Shown: positions 14,818 through 29,130 of the stretch, piece by piece
Numbering within the stretch: the stretch's first letter is position 1
Layout of the letters: each line of letters starts with the position of its first letter
From: the human T2T-CHM13v2.0 reference genome, Homo sapiens
Strand: one strand, 5' to 3'
Length of the DNA: 64,000 nt
Assembly: GCF_009914755.1 (NCBI RefSeq)
Contig: NC_060927.1
Translations under genes and position numbers: made by a program
Notes under the pieces: generated by a model
What the model was told of the DNA's origin: nothing
What the model saw: only the letters and a program-made list of their open reading frames with translations
Databases searched by the model: none

Positions 14818-15354
14818 TAGTACAGACAAATCAGTAGAGACAAGGGGAAGGATTTCATTTGGAATCAAATGGAACAGAGGGCCAAAAGCAGGGAGGACCA
14901 TGCATGCTCCAAGTCACTAAAAAATAACTGAGATCTTCATTGCAGAGCCCCTGTGCTTCAAGTGTGCTGCTATAGGACCCTTGATTATGCATGTGTAAAA
15001 TAAGCATTTTCAGTCTGTTCCATTCACAAACACTTCTGCATATAAGATGGCCTTTCTCTTTCCAAAGGGGAGTTACAATGTTTCTGATATTTTTCTGTTC
15101 TGAGGTTCTTGAATTGCCTTAAGGAAAAGTACTTGGTGACTGTAACTGGTGGTTGGGCTTTTTCACTAAATCTGAAAGCAAGCCATGTTTTCAGAGTGCT
15201 ACACAAACCTACATGAAGCTACTGAGGAAGTAAAGGCTGAGACATGACATGTTGACAGTCCAACTCTGCACCAGGCACAGTGGTGGGTCCTCTACACATC
15301 TGACCTGAAAAACCCATCCGCTCCTCTGCTGTGTGAGGAAGCCCCAAATCTCAC

Positions 15355-15522
15355 CATCAGAGATATTGTCCCAGTAAGGGGGGAGGAACTCAAAGTGGCC
15401 CAGCTGGATGATGTTAAAGAGCTCGTCCTGGTCCCTCTCAGGGCTGCGGAATGGGGGAAAGCCACACAGCAGGATATAGAGGATCACGCCAGCAGCCCAC
15501 ATGTCCACCTCCAGTCCATAAC
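15355..15522 (-). CDS. DCLK3: DCLK3 coding exon 4 ([25 protein letters not shown]...WDNISD)
   Basis: Acceptor gcgcAG|GT and donor G|GTGAGA. 168 nt, phase 1 to 1. Kinase subdomains IX-X. Confidence 0.98.
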
Positions 15523-17340
15523 CTGCGCAGACAGAGGCAGAGACACAAGCAAACCTGAGACCAGGCAGGGTCAAAGGTGATGAAATAAATGATGGAGTAT
15601 TGTGGTTCTAAATAGATCTAAGTCATAGAGGATCCCAGCTCTCAGCAACCAAGAGCCACTTCCAAACACAGCTCCCTGCTAACTCCTATACATAAGGACT
15701 CTACACCATCATTACTCAAAGTGTGGTCCATGGATCACTGCCACTTTGCAATGCCTTATTACTGGTCTGTAATAGAATGAGCAGAGAAATTGAAAGCAAG
15801 TGTTTGGAAACTCTTATAGCAATTTAACAAGACTGTGACGCTCAGTTGCATGATTGAAGGGCACATCTTGTTGAACAGCACATACATCAGTTCAGGCGTT
15901 GTCAAACACATGTAGTGAGTCACATGTGGCATGAGATGTGTTCTAGTCACATGCAGCAGGACCGTGAGTCCACACTGTACTGGAAACTTTAAAACTTGAC
16001 CCTTCACTGGAGGTAGTTAGAGAAGCCCCAGTCTACACTAGCAATCTCTGCTTCCTATATATCCATTGTCTTCTCTCTCACTTAAAAAATATCATTTACT
16101 GGCTTTTTAAATGATTTTTAAAAGACTGATGTTTACTAGCTGTATCCCCATGTGTGCACACACTGGTATACAACACACACACACACGCGCACACACCTAT
16201 ATAGAGACATGTATACTTTTCTAAATAAAATTTTTATTTACTTTTCTAAATAAAAATAGGATCACATTGCACCTATACTCTATTTTATTTACTGAATATT
16301 ATACAATGACATTTCCAACATAAGAATTTCCTATGAAAAATACCAAAAATATTTTTTACAAAAATGATTTCTAATAACTATTAGTATCCCCTTTACATAA
16401 TAAATCCCTATGTTGTAATTTAAGTTTTTACTAATTTTTTTACAGCTGTAAGGAATTTTCTGATGAGCATTTATTAAATATTTGTGCACATGTCTGATTA
16501 TATTCCTAAAATAACCTTCCAGCAATGAAATAGACAAAGCAATATACAGTAAAGGTTTTTGATACATATTACACATTGTCCTCCCAAAACTTATCACAGC
16601 AATATAGACATTTTCAAACACTTTCTAACTAACTTTTTACAGTTAGAAAAAGAAAACACTTGACCACTGTAATTTAGAAGTTAGATATTCATAATTAAGC
16701 CCCAGAGTAAGTTTGTCAAAATACAAATCTGCAGGAAAATATTAAAAGAATAAGTCACTAATGACCTCTTTTGGTCTTTTCTCAGTTCTCAACCATCTCA
16801 CTGTTGAGAGGGATTGATTTTCCTGGACCTCATCAATCCTAGAAATGTCCCTTGGCCTCTGTGACAATGCACTTTTCAGATCCTCTCTGGGCTGCTCAGC
16901 CTTTTCTCTGCTGATCCCTCCTTCCTTCTCTCATCCCTGAGCTCTTGGCCTCCTCAAGAATCTGTCCTTGGCTCTCATTCCTGGCATCACCAAGGAGCCC
17001 ATTATCAACCATCTCTGTGTTGAGGAGTCTCAAAGCCACATGTTCAGCTCACAGCTTCACCTCCTTGCCAAGTGGACAACTCCATTATCCATCCTGATAT
17101 CGCTACAAAGTCAGTGTATTCAAAATTAAACTCAGCCCATCCCCCTATCTCCCAAAAGAGCTATCCTTTCCAACACCCTGTTTTAGTTGGTGCTACCACC
17201 AATATGTGGTTTTCCCAAGAGTTTGTGTTGCCTATTTGCTTTCTTTTCTTCTCTTATCCAGTTCATCGATGCCACACCAAGTCTAAACATCTCTAACCAG
17301 TCTTCCCATTTGTGGAGAATTTAAGCTCAACCTACCCAAC

Positions 17341-17759
17341 TGATACGGTTTGGATATTTGTCCCCTCCAAATCTCATGTTGAAATGTGATTCCCAATGTT
17401 GGAGGTGGGGCCTGGCGGGAAGTGATTAGATCATGGGGGTGGATCCTTCATGAATGGTTTAGTACCATCCCCTTGGTGACAAGTGAGTTCTCACTCAGGT
17501 AGTTCACTTAGGATCTGGTTGTTTAGAAGTCTGGGACCTCCCTCTCTCTCTCTTGCCCCCAGTCCCACCATGTAACATGCCGGTTCCCTGTCACCTTCCA
17601 CCATGAGTGTAAGCTTCTTAAGCCCTTATCAGAAGCAGAGCAGATGGCTGGCACCATGCTTGTACAGCCTGCAGAACCCTGAACCAACTAAACCTCTTTT
17701 CTTTATAAATTACCCAGCCTTCGTTATTTCTATAGCAACAGAAAAACCTGACTAATATA
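17341..17759 (+). mobile_element. MaLR solo LTR (MST family), intron 3
   Basis: tgatacggtttgg ... gactaatata termini; 5-bp TSD CCAAC at 17336-17340 and 17760-17764. Confidence 0.9.
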
Positions 17760-17851
17760 CCAACCAATTGTGTTTCTCTCTGGTCCATTGAGGCTAGTCT
17801 TCTCCATGTCTCTAACACCTGACCTCATGCATGTTGTCATCTCCTCATCTT

Positions 17852-18153
<302 letters not shown>

Positions 18154-18871
18154 ATCTCCTCATCTTAATTATCCTGATGCTTCTGCTGCTGGGAAACTAT
18201 CCGTCCATCCCTTCTCCCTGTCACCAACCCTGCAACCCAATGAGAGTCTTCCCATCTTACCAATGGTGGGTAAATTGGTTTCTCCTGGAGTGCCACAGTA
18301 GTCAAATAGTCATTCATATATTTAGAGCCATATCATAACTATTATTTCCTTTTTAAATGTTTTAGAAAGTTTGTCACTAAAACAGCTCATTGGATCCTTG
18401 CATAATATACAAGTAGGTAATAAATATTCATAGAGTTCATGGAGGAAAATGGGATCCTTTTCCTTTAAATGCAAGGTTGGTGAAGAAATTTTTAAACCAA
18501 GTACCATAAGGACTGCTTCAATTCTCTCCTATTAGAGATAGCCTTGGGTCAAGTAGCCTTGCTTGCTTGAGTTCCCCACCCAATTCTCCATCATCTTTCA
18601 TCTCACTGTCCTGCCTAAACACAATAAACACACACACACACACACACATGCACACACACTGATCCATTGACTGTAACAAGGGCAGCCCTAATGAGGAGAA
18701 AGCTCTCATGCTTTGGTCAAGCCTACTTCAAATATTTTCATTGAAGTCCAAATCCAAGCCTAAGTGTCAGTTCTCTGAGATTTATTCCATATTGAAAACT
18801 AGTAAATATGACAAATGAAACATTTGTTAGTAAGGGAACTAGAGTCCCACAGATCGATGTGTAACACTTAC

Positions 18872-19004
18872 CTTTCTCAGAAAGAATTTCGGGAGCTACG
18901 TAAGTTGGGGTCCCACACACAGTAAATATAGGTCTCACCACATGCTTTGCAAGTCCAAAATCAGCCAATTTCAAGGTAGTAGATTTGTCCTCATTTCGCT
19001 GAAC
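18872..19004 (-). CDS. DCLK3: DCLK3 coding exon 3 ([17 protein letters not shown]...[16 protein letters not shown])
   Basis: Acceptor ttacAG|GTT and donor G|GTAAGT. 133 nt, phase 0 to 1. DFG and APE kinase motifs. Confidence 0.98.
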
Positions 19005-19544
19005 CTGTAAGAAACCAAAATCCCCAAACCACCAAAATTGTGATTAGAACAAAGAAGGGATACTAATGAAACAACAGCCATGCAAGGTCAAGAAAAGCAA
19101 ACCATAAACCTATATGAGATTACAGCTTAGCCCAACACTGACAAAGCTAACTTGACCTCAATGACAAGGGCTCACATTTTCAACTTAAGAACCAATGAGT
19201 TAGATTTACTAGGCCGTCCAATATGGTAGCACCATATTGTCACAAGTGGCTACTTAAGTTTATTAAGTAAAATTAAATTTAAAATTTAGCTTCTCAGCTG
19301 CATTAGGCACATTTCAAGTGCTCAAAAGCCACTTGTGGCTTGTGGCTACTATATTGGGAAACACAGATAGACACACTTCCATTGTTGCAGAAAGGGCTAT
19401 TAGACAGCATTGACTTAGAACAAGGATCAAGGATACTTTGAGCACAGACTAGCTTTCATGAGCATTAGAAAATGCCTCTGGGCAATGCAGAGGCTGGGCA
19501 GAGGGAAAAAAGAAAGGAAAAAGACTGGGAATTAAAATGAAGAA

Positions 19545-19858
19545 GTATGGGGCAGGGGTGAGGGGGAGATAGGGACGGTTAATTGGTACAAAAAGAATAC
19601 TTAGAAAGAATGAATATGACCTATTATTTGATAGAAAAACAGGGTGACTATAGTCAATGATAATTCAATTGTACATTTTTAAATAACTAAAAGGGTATAA
19701 TTGGATTGCTTGTATTAGGTTGGTGCAAAAGTAATCACACAAGGATAAATGCTTGAGGGGATGAATACCCCATTCTCCATGATGTAATGATTATGCATTG
19801 CATGCCTGTATCAAAACATCTCATGTACCCCAAAAATATATGCACCTAGTATGTACCC
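19545..19858 (+). mobile_element. L1 (L1MA/PB-like) 3' end, split by THE1; resumes at 22153-22173
   Basis: catgcctgtatcaaaacatctcatgtacccc...tatgtaccc | acaaaaattaaaaat is contiguous L1 3' UTR once THE1 is removed. Confidence 0.85.
19715..19735 (+). mobile_element. Truncated MADE1/Hsmar1 terminal inverted repeat
   Basis: TA followed by ttaggttggtgcaaaagtaat, interrupting the L1 sequence tgta|acac. Confidence 0.75.
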
Positions 19859-22152
19859 TGATATGGTTTGGCTGTGTCCCTACCCAAATCTCATCTTGAA
19901 TTGTAACTCCCACAATTCCCACATGTTGTGAGGGGAACCCGGTGGGCAGTAATTGAATCATGGGAGTGGGTCTTTCCCATGCTGTTCTCATGATAGTGAA
20001 TCAATCTCATGAGATCTGACAGTTTTAAAAATGGGAGTTTGCCTGCACAAGCTCTCTCTTTGCCTGATGCCATCCATGTAAGATGTGACTTGCTCCTCCT
20101 TGCCTTCCACCATAATTGTGGGAAGGCCTCCCCAGCCATGTGGAACCATAGTCCATTAAACTCCTTTTTTTCCTGGTCTCAGGTATGTCTTTATCAGCAG
20201 CATGAAAATGGACTAATACAGTAAACTGGTACCAGTAGAGTGGGGCACTGCTGGAAAGATACCCAAAAATGTGGAAGTGACTTTGGAACTTGGTAACAGG
20301 CAGAGACTGGTACAGTTTGGAGGGCTCAGAAGAAGACAGAAAAATGTGGGAAAGTTTGTAACTTCCTAGAGACTTGTTGAATGGCTTTGCCCAAAATGCT
20401 GATAGTGATATGGACAATAAAGTCCAGACTGAGGTGGTCTCAGATGGAAATGAGGAACTTGTTGGGAACTGGGACAAAGGTGACTCTTGCTACATTTTAG
20501 CAGAGACTGGTGGCATTTTGCCCCTGCCCTAGAGATTTATGGAACTTTGAACTTGAGAGAGATGATTTAGGATATCTGGTGGAAGAAATTTCTAAGCAGT
20601 AAAGCATTCAAGAGGTGACTTGGGTGCTGTTAAAGACATTCAGTTTTATAAGGGAAACAGAGCACAAAAGTTTGGAAAATTTGCAGCCTGACAATGCAAT
20701 AGAAAAGAAAATCCCATTTTCCAAGGATAAATTAAAGCCGGCTGCAGAAATTTGCCTAAGTAATGAGGACCCAAATGTTAATCCCCAAGACAATGGGGAA
20801 AATGTCTCCAGGGCATGTCAGAGGTCTTCATGGCACCCCATCCTATCACAGGTGTAGAGACCTACAAGGAAAAAGTGGTTTTGTGGACTGGGCCCAGGAT
20901 CCCCATGCTGTGTGCAGCCTAGGGACTTGGTACCCTGCCTCCCAGCCGCTCCAGCCATGGCTGAAAGGGGCAAACGTAGAGCTCGAGTTGTGGCTTCAGA
21001 GGAAGCAAGCCTTGGTCAATTCCAAGTGGTAGTGAGCCTGCCATTGCACAGAAGTCAAGAATTGGGGTTTAGGAACCTCTGCCAGATTTCAGAGGATGTA
21101 TGCAAACGCCTGGATGTCCAGGCAAAAGTTTGCTGCAGGGGAGGGGTTCTCATGGAGACTCTCTGCTAGGGCAGTGCAGAAGGGAAATGTGGGGTCGGAT
21201 CCCCCAAACAGAGTCCCTACTGGGGCACTGCCTAATGGAGCTGTGAGAAGAAGGCCACTGTCCTCCAGCCTTCAGAATGGTAGACCAATGACAACTTGTA
21301 CCATGCACCTAGAAAAGCCACAGACTTTCAATGCCAGCCTGTGAAAGAAGCCAGGAGAGAGGCTGTACCCTGCAAAACCACAGGAGCGGAGCTGCCCAAG
21401 ACCATGGGAACCCACCTCTTGCATTAGCGTGACCTGGATGTGAGACCTGGAGTCAAAAGAGATCATTTTGGAGCTTTAAGATTTGACTGCCCCGCTAGAT
21501 TTCAGACTTTCATGGGGCCTGTGGCGCCTTTGTTTTGGCCAATTCCTCCCAGTTGAAATGGCTGTATTTACCCAACACCTGTACCCCGACTGTATCTAGG
21601 AAGTAACTAACTTGCTTTTGATTCTACAGGCTCACAGGAGGAAGGGACTTTACTTGTCTTGGATGAGACTTTGGACTGTGGACTCTTAAGTTAATGCTGA
21701 AATGAGTTAAGACTTTGGGGAACTATTGAGAAGACATGATTGGTTTTGAAATGTGAGGACATGAGATTTGGGAGGGGCCAGGGCAGAATGATATGGTTTG
21801 GCTGTGTCCCCACCCAAATCTCATCTTGAATTGTAACTCCCACAATTCCCACATGTTGTGGGAGGAACCCAGTAGGAGGTAATTGAATTATGGGGGCGGG
21901 TCTTTCCTGTGCTGTTCTCATGATAGCGAATCAGTCTCACGAGATCTGACAGTTTCAAAAATGGGAGTTTGCCTGCACAAGCTCTCTATTTGCCTGCTGC
22001 CATCCATGTAAGATATGACTTGCTCCTCCTTGCCTTCCACCATGATTGTGGGAAGGCCTCCCCAGCCATGTGGAACCATAAGTCTATTAAACCTCTTTTT
22101 CTTCCCAGTCTCAGGTATCTCTTTATCAGCAGCATAAAAACAGACTAATACA
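19859..22152 (+). mobile_element. Full-length THE1 (THE1A-like) MaLR element: LTR 19859-20220, internal 20221-21788, LTR 21789-22152
   Basis: Two TG...CA LTRs starting tgatatggtttggctgtgtccc; purine tract before the 3' LTR; 5-bp TSD TACCC at 19854-19858 and 22153-22157. Confidence 0.95.
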
Positions 22153-22378
22153 TACCCACAAAAATTAAAAATTATGAAAAATGAGGAAGTAAACTAATAA
22201 GCAGGAGAGAGATGTTAAATACAGGCCCTCATTTGGAGGGGTGGGGGATTAAGAATCAAACAGGCCAGGAGTCTTTGAACAATTCCAACTCCAAGACTTG
22301 AGGCTGGATGGTCTTGGACAAATTTCTTTACTCATCTGAGCCTCTGTTTTCTCATTTGTTAAAAAAAAAAAAAAAATG

Positions 22379-23008
<630 letters not shown>

Positions 23009-24349
23009 TTATGTCACAAGTTTCATTCAATGTCTGTAATCTGCCTAGCAAAGTAATAGCTCTAGAGTGACCAAAAGGCCCAGTTTGCCTTGGACCTCCA
23101 CCAGGTTTTAGAAAAGGGTAGAATTGGTCAATTTTTAAAATAGAGAAAAGGCACACTCACCTTCACTCTGAATGAATACAGAATCTCAAATGCTCCTTCC
23201 TTTTTCCCATTCAAAACTTATCCCACCTGTCTCACTCTTTCAAACAAGTCCAAGTGACTGGCTTTCTCATCTCTGGTAAGCCAAATCCCATTGCCAAGTT
23301 AGTATGTCCTGTCCTCCTCCCCCAACAAGGGATTTGATACAAGATTATGACTGTTGGATCTTAACCTAAAAGAAACTAATCACAAGAGGTAAGTGTGGCA
23401 AGTATTTAGGTCACTATGCTAGAAAAAATAAAACTAAATTTCACATGAAAAACCAAACCATGAGGGCGCAAACCCAGCATATCTTGCAGCAAGTAAAAGA
23501 TGCATCGGTGCCGCCTGCCATTAAATAAGTTTTCCAGTTTGAGGGAAGGTTAAATAATCAGACACAAGTCAATACTCCAGCCTCCTTCCAAACTAGCTTG
23601 TACCCACACACGTAAGGCCCTGTTTCTCATGGTAGAAGCTGATTGCTCAGACCAAAGGTGAACTAAGCAGTTAATTAGACCACTGTGTGAAAACTTACTA
23701 GAATAAATTTGGGCAATCTTATCCAAGCAGGAGACTCATTAGTGCCACCACAGCTGTAGGAGAAATTATCAACTTGTCTGCAGGCATACACCCTCACATC
23801 TCTCCTGGAACTGGGGCAAAGGCTCTCAATGCTCCTACCAGTGCCTGGACAGGTGGGCAGTAGAGGAACTCTGCCTCTCCCTGGGACCCATCACAGCCAT
23901 GGGCAACACCTAGAATGGCAGGGTGGAGCGGCCTTTCCCCTGTCTCTCCAGACCAGAATAAATTCTCCCCACTTGCTTTGGTTTCTGCCAGTGAGCTTAC
24001 ATCTCCATAAGCAGCATGTGTCTTAATTGCTGAGCCCCAGTCACCACCAGACAATCTAATCAATGTCTCCATAATTAACCTCACCAAATGGAAAGTCATA
24101 AATTTAGAACTAAAATGAAATTCTGCTCAGTCTGCATATAGAAACTGACATAGCCCAAAAGGAGACAACAGGGTAATTACCAGAATAATTTAAGAAAACC
24201 TTGTTTGGAAGGGAAGGAAAACAAAATAATGTGATACCAAAATGACCAGATGGATCATATACATTAATCGTAGTTGCTGGGTGACTGCTGGAAAAATATG
24301 TCTCTCACAAATATTTATAAATTAGTGGCATAAAAGCATTTGGCTGACT

Positions 24350-24658
<309 letters not shown>

Positions 24659-25634
24659 AAAGCATTTGGCTGACTTAGTATACCAAAGTAAGAAGTGTGT
24701 TCCTATTGTGAAATAAGTGAAACATTACCTTCCTCATGGAAGCCCCCAATTCCAAAACCTGGCTCCACTGAGCTTGTAGCAGATTAAATGTTTTGGAAAC
24801 TCACACTTTACTTTGAAAATTTATTATGTTAACTATCCAGAGACTGAAGGATATATTTTCAAAATGCCAAATCTGTTTTTAGAGTATGATATGGACCTAT
24901 GTGAGATATATTATGCCTCTTCTAGTTTCTTCACACTAGAGCTTTTCTCTTTCAATCTCAGGATCATCCCCTGAGCATCAACAATTGCATAAGCAGAACT
25001 TGGTGGGGGGCAGCGGTTAAGATCAGTGGTGCCACTTGTCTCTTCCAGAAAGTGGCCCCAGATGGCCCGATGTTTTTAATTATTCTGTCTCCAGCTTCTG
25101 CTGTCAAGAGTTATTTAATATTCTTCAGTGTTGTCATTTATTTCCTCTACCTAAGCAGCTTAATTACATTTAAGGTCGCACACTGTCTGCAAGTTTTTTG
25201 GCTTATTTTTGCAACAAGCACCTCACATATTTGGCTTCAGAACAGTTCCTATCTTAAACCTTGAAATTAAATGAGTGATGTTGTCCTAGAATAATTCTTC
25301 TTCCCAGAATCTGTGGGACATCTGATACCATCAAACTCAAACCTCCACCCAAACAAAAAACGTGTCTCAAACATCCTCCCACCAGACTATCGTTCATGTC
25401 TGAATGAAATCTCAAAATGGAAAAGACTCCACAACTCTGTGCTGTAGTGCATCCCATTTATGGCAAGCTTAGCTTGTGAGGAGATTCACCCCTATGTTGA
25501 TTCAGAATTCCTTTCCCACTCCTGTTTTCTAAATCTGCCCTCTCCAGTGATGCTGAATAAGAACGCATCCCTCCAAAGACGGGAAGCAAGTATCGTGATC
25601 CCCAGCTCGCCTCTGGCTTCTCCAAGCTAGCATC

Positions 25635-26165
25635 TGTGATGATTAATTTTAGATGACAACTTGACTGGATTAAGGAATACCTAGTACTGATAAAGTATCA
25701 TTGGTGGGGGGTGGGGGGACGGTGTCTGTTAGGTATTTCCAGAGGAGATTGGTGTGTGAATCCAGGTGGACCAAGTGCAGAAGATCTGCCCTCAATATGG
25801 ATGAGCAGCATCCAGCCGGCTGGGGGCTTGGATAGAACGAAAGTAGGGAAAAGGCAATTGGTGTCTCTCTGTCTCTCTCTCTCTGCACTCCCTCCTCCCC
25901 CTCCTCCTGGGACATCAGAACTGCAGGCTTTCTAGCCTTTGGGCTCCAAGACTTATACCAGTAACCCCTGGGTTCTCAGGCCTTCAGACTTGGGCTGAGC
26001 CACGCTACTGGTATCCCAGGGTCTCCAGCTTGTGGACAGCCAGTCATGGGACTCCTCAGTCTCCATAATCATGTGAGCCAAGTCCCCTAATAAATCCCCT
26101 CTCATACATCTCTATAAACATATATCCTATTGGTTCTGTCTCTCTAGAGAACTCTGGCTAATACA
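25635..26165 (+). mobile_element. MLT2 (ERVL) solo LTR
   Basis: tgtgatgattaattttagatgacaacttgactggattaagg ... tctctagagaactctggctaataca match MLT2 termini. Confidence 0.85.
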
Positions 26166-27238
26166 ACAACCAAGGATGCTCTGGTGAATCCTTACAGGAC
26201 CTGTTCTCCTGGTCACCCTCCCTCACTCATCCCTATTCCAAGTGCAGCCCCTGGACCCTGGACCAGCACCATCAGCATCTCCTGTGAGCTGGTTACAGCT
26301 CTCAGCTGCCCCAGAGCCCCTGAAACAGAATCTGCATTTCCTCACAACCTCAGAGAGGTCTGTGTCCACAGTAAAGTTCTGGATGGCCCCCATGATGCCT
26401 TTCTTAACCAAGAATGCCCAGCACCAAACGCCACACACCAGGTGTGATTCGATCAGAGCAGAGGACCTCAGGACTCTCGGCTGACCAGGCACTGGGTGGT
26501 CATCAAGACAGCCAAAGACCCCATCAAATGACCCACTTCAGTGTCCCTGCCTGAGAAAACCTTTCAGGGTTTTCCCGGGTTGTGTGTGTGTGGGGGGGGG
26601 GGGGTACAAAAGCCCCCTTTACACACATCTCACTTTGCCCTCACCCCACATCTCCCTGTATCTCTTTTGCAGCCTAGCTAAACTCGCTGCTCTGGGCCAT
26701 GTTCTTGCTGGGGCTCATTTTCGGTTGTTCCCTAACTGAAAGGGTGTAAGAGGTTGCTTTACATGGCACTGTAATGACTGTTATCTGTCTGCATCTATCA
26801 TCCTTTTCCAGCCACACCAAAGTGTCATGCTTGGAATTCAAGTGGTCTACATTATTTACGTAGGCATTCAGATAGCATCTGGATAATCTGAAAGCTTCAA
26901 GAAGAATCTTTATTTTTCTGAACAATTAACTCTGCTCTCTCCTTCAATGGTACCTCAATTTAAATGTGATCTTGCAATTCTCATCTCTGAACAGAAGATG
27001 GAAGCAGAGTACAGACCAAACAACAAGTGGCTCCCTTAAGGATTAAGACATGGATAAAGTTTATTTATCTTTGCCACCTTCTTACTTGATCCTTCATGGT
27101 TTCTCGTACTTTTTCCCTCCAAGGTCCATTTTCAACTGGCTGTGAAGAATGAAATGATCTTAGAAACCAATTCACATTAAAATGCCAATACCTAAAATCC
27201 GTTTATATTTCAACGACAGCAAAATATACCATAACACA

Positions 27239-27530
27239 GGCCAGGTGCAGTGGCTCAGGCCTGTAATTCCAGCACTTTGGGAGGCCAAGGCAGGTGGATC
27301 ACTTGAGTCCAGGAGTTTGAAGTGAGCCTACACAACATGGCGAAACCTCATCTCTACAAAAAATACCAAAATATTAGCCACGTGTGGTGGTTTATACCTG
27401 TGGTCCCAGCTACTTGGGAGGCTAAGGTGGGGGGAGTCTGGAAGGCGGAGGTTGCAGTGAGCTGAGATCACACCACTGCACCCAGCCTGGGTGACAGAGT
27501 CAGACTGTCTCAAAATATATGTACATACAC

Positions 27531-27568
<38 letters not shown>
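27239..27568 (+). mobile_element. Alu with a (CA)n-expanded tail
   Basis: Alu 27239-27516 then (TA)/(CA)n; degenerate TSD aaa(t/c)ataccataa(c/t)aca. Confidence 0.9.
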
Positions 27569-27570
<2 letters not shown>

Positions 27571-27719
27571 TAAACATACCATAATACAAAAGTATGACTG
27601 AAAAAAAAAATCAGTGAGGACAAAGTCTTCCCTGGGACTTGTCACATGGCATGCTCACAAGATAAGATGCTTTTGGTGTCTGTTTATTGCATCTGCTTAT
27701 TTCTACTTAATTAAAATCT

Positions 27720-28787
27720 CATGTTCATTCAACAAATATTTACACACTTACCATCTGCCAGGCAGTGTTTGAAATATTAAGAATAAAGTAGTGAAGGAAA
27801 CAGACAAAGTTCTTTTTCTTATGAAGCCTCCTTTCTATTAATGAACAATATTCAAATAAATATGTAATCTCAGGCAGTGATAAGCGTTATGAAAAAGTAA
27901 AAGTGGGATAAGGGCTGCGTTGTCTAGTACAGTATCCACTAAGTACACATGGCTATTGGTTTTTACATGAAACTTAAAATGCAGTTCCTTAGACAGGAGG
28001 AACTGCCCATGTGGCTAGAGACTACCACATTGGGCTATGCAGATACAGGAAATCTGTATCTCCATCATCACAGAAAATTCTACTGGCAATGCTGGCACAG
28101 TGGCAGGAGTTCTTTTTTTTTTAATAAGGTGGTTAAGGAAGGACTCACTGAGGAAGCAACATCTGAAAGAAGGCAAGGGTGAGCCATATTAAGATGTGAG
28201 GAGCAAGTTTTCAGGTAGAAGAAACAGCAAATGTGAAGGCCGAGGGGCATGCATGGTTTGATGTAGCAAGCAGGGGCAGGAGCAGGGCGAGTGAGGAGCT
28301 GAATGGCTGGAGAGTGGCTTTGAGAGGAAGATGGAGTCCACATCATATAAGACCTTCCAGGCCATGGAAATGACCTTGGCTTTTATTCTGAATGTGAATG
28401 CGAAGGGAAGCTAATGGCAGCTCTGAGCAAAGAAGTCACTGTAATGCACTGTCTTTTTAACCCAGTGTCTGGTCAGAGGTGGCCAGCCCAGCTGATGAAG
28501 GAATGGACTTTGGACTGTAGGTGTTTCCTGAACTTGATAGCCTCATATTTCACAGTACACTTTACTTCACCACCTAGTCATCCAATCAGATGATCATCTC
28601 AAATTCAACATGCCGGAAACTGATTTCACCTCGACCCTGCTTCTCTCCCACAGTTCCCCAACCCAGAGAATGGCTCCATCATCACATAAAGATGCTGTCA
28701 TATCTCCCAACTTAAAAAAAAGACAACCCTTATTTTCTCTGCATCCCTCTTTAGCTACTGTCCATTCTATGATCTCCTTCGTGCGTG

Positions 28788-28820
<33 letters not shown>

Positions 28821-29130
28821 GAAAGAGGTGTCTATACACACTGTCTACAGTATTCCACCTTCCATTCTATCCTAACTCAGTCAGTCTCTTATCCCCATAA
28901 CTACACAGAAACCACCCTCCTCCATTAGAAAGATGGGGCCACGACTGATCCAGCTTCAGGTCATAAACATCTGTTACCCTTGAGTCTTCTCTTTCCTCAT
29001 CCACAGCATTCAATCCACTCACAAGTCTTGTCTTTACCCTTAGGATGACCACTTCTCCCCATCTTTACTGCGGTCCCCAAGACCAAGCCACCATCATCTC
29101 TTGCTGGGACCATGGCTGCGGACTCCTCAC
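27720..29130. mobile_element. L2 fragments in both orientations with a nested MER3-like MITE and (CA)n at 28787-28815
   Basis: ttcattcaacaaatatttac (reverse L2 end) and catctcaaattcaacatgcc (forward L2). Boundaries approximate. Confidence 0.6.

Noticed and set aside
20025-21466. ORFs inside the THE1 internal region
   Set aside because: Short fragments of a decayed non-autonomous MaLR; no intact gag or pol.
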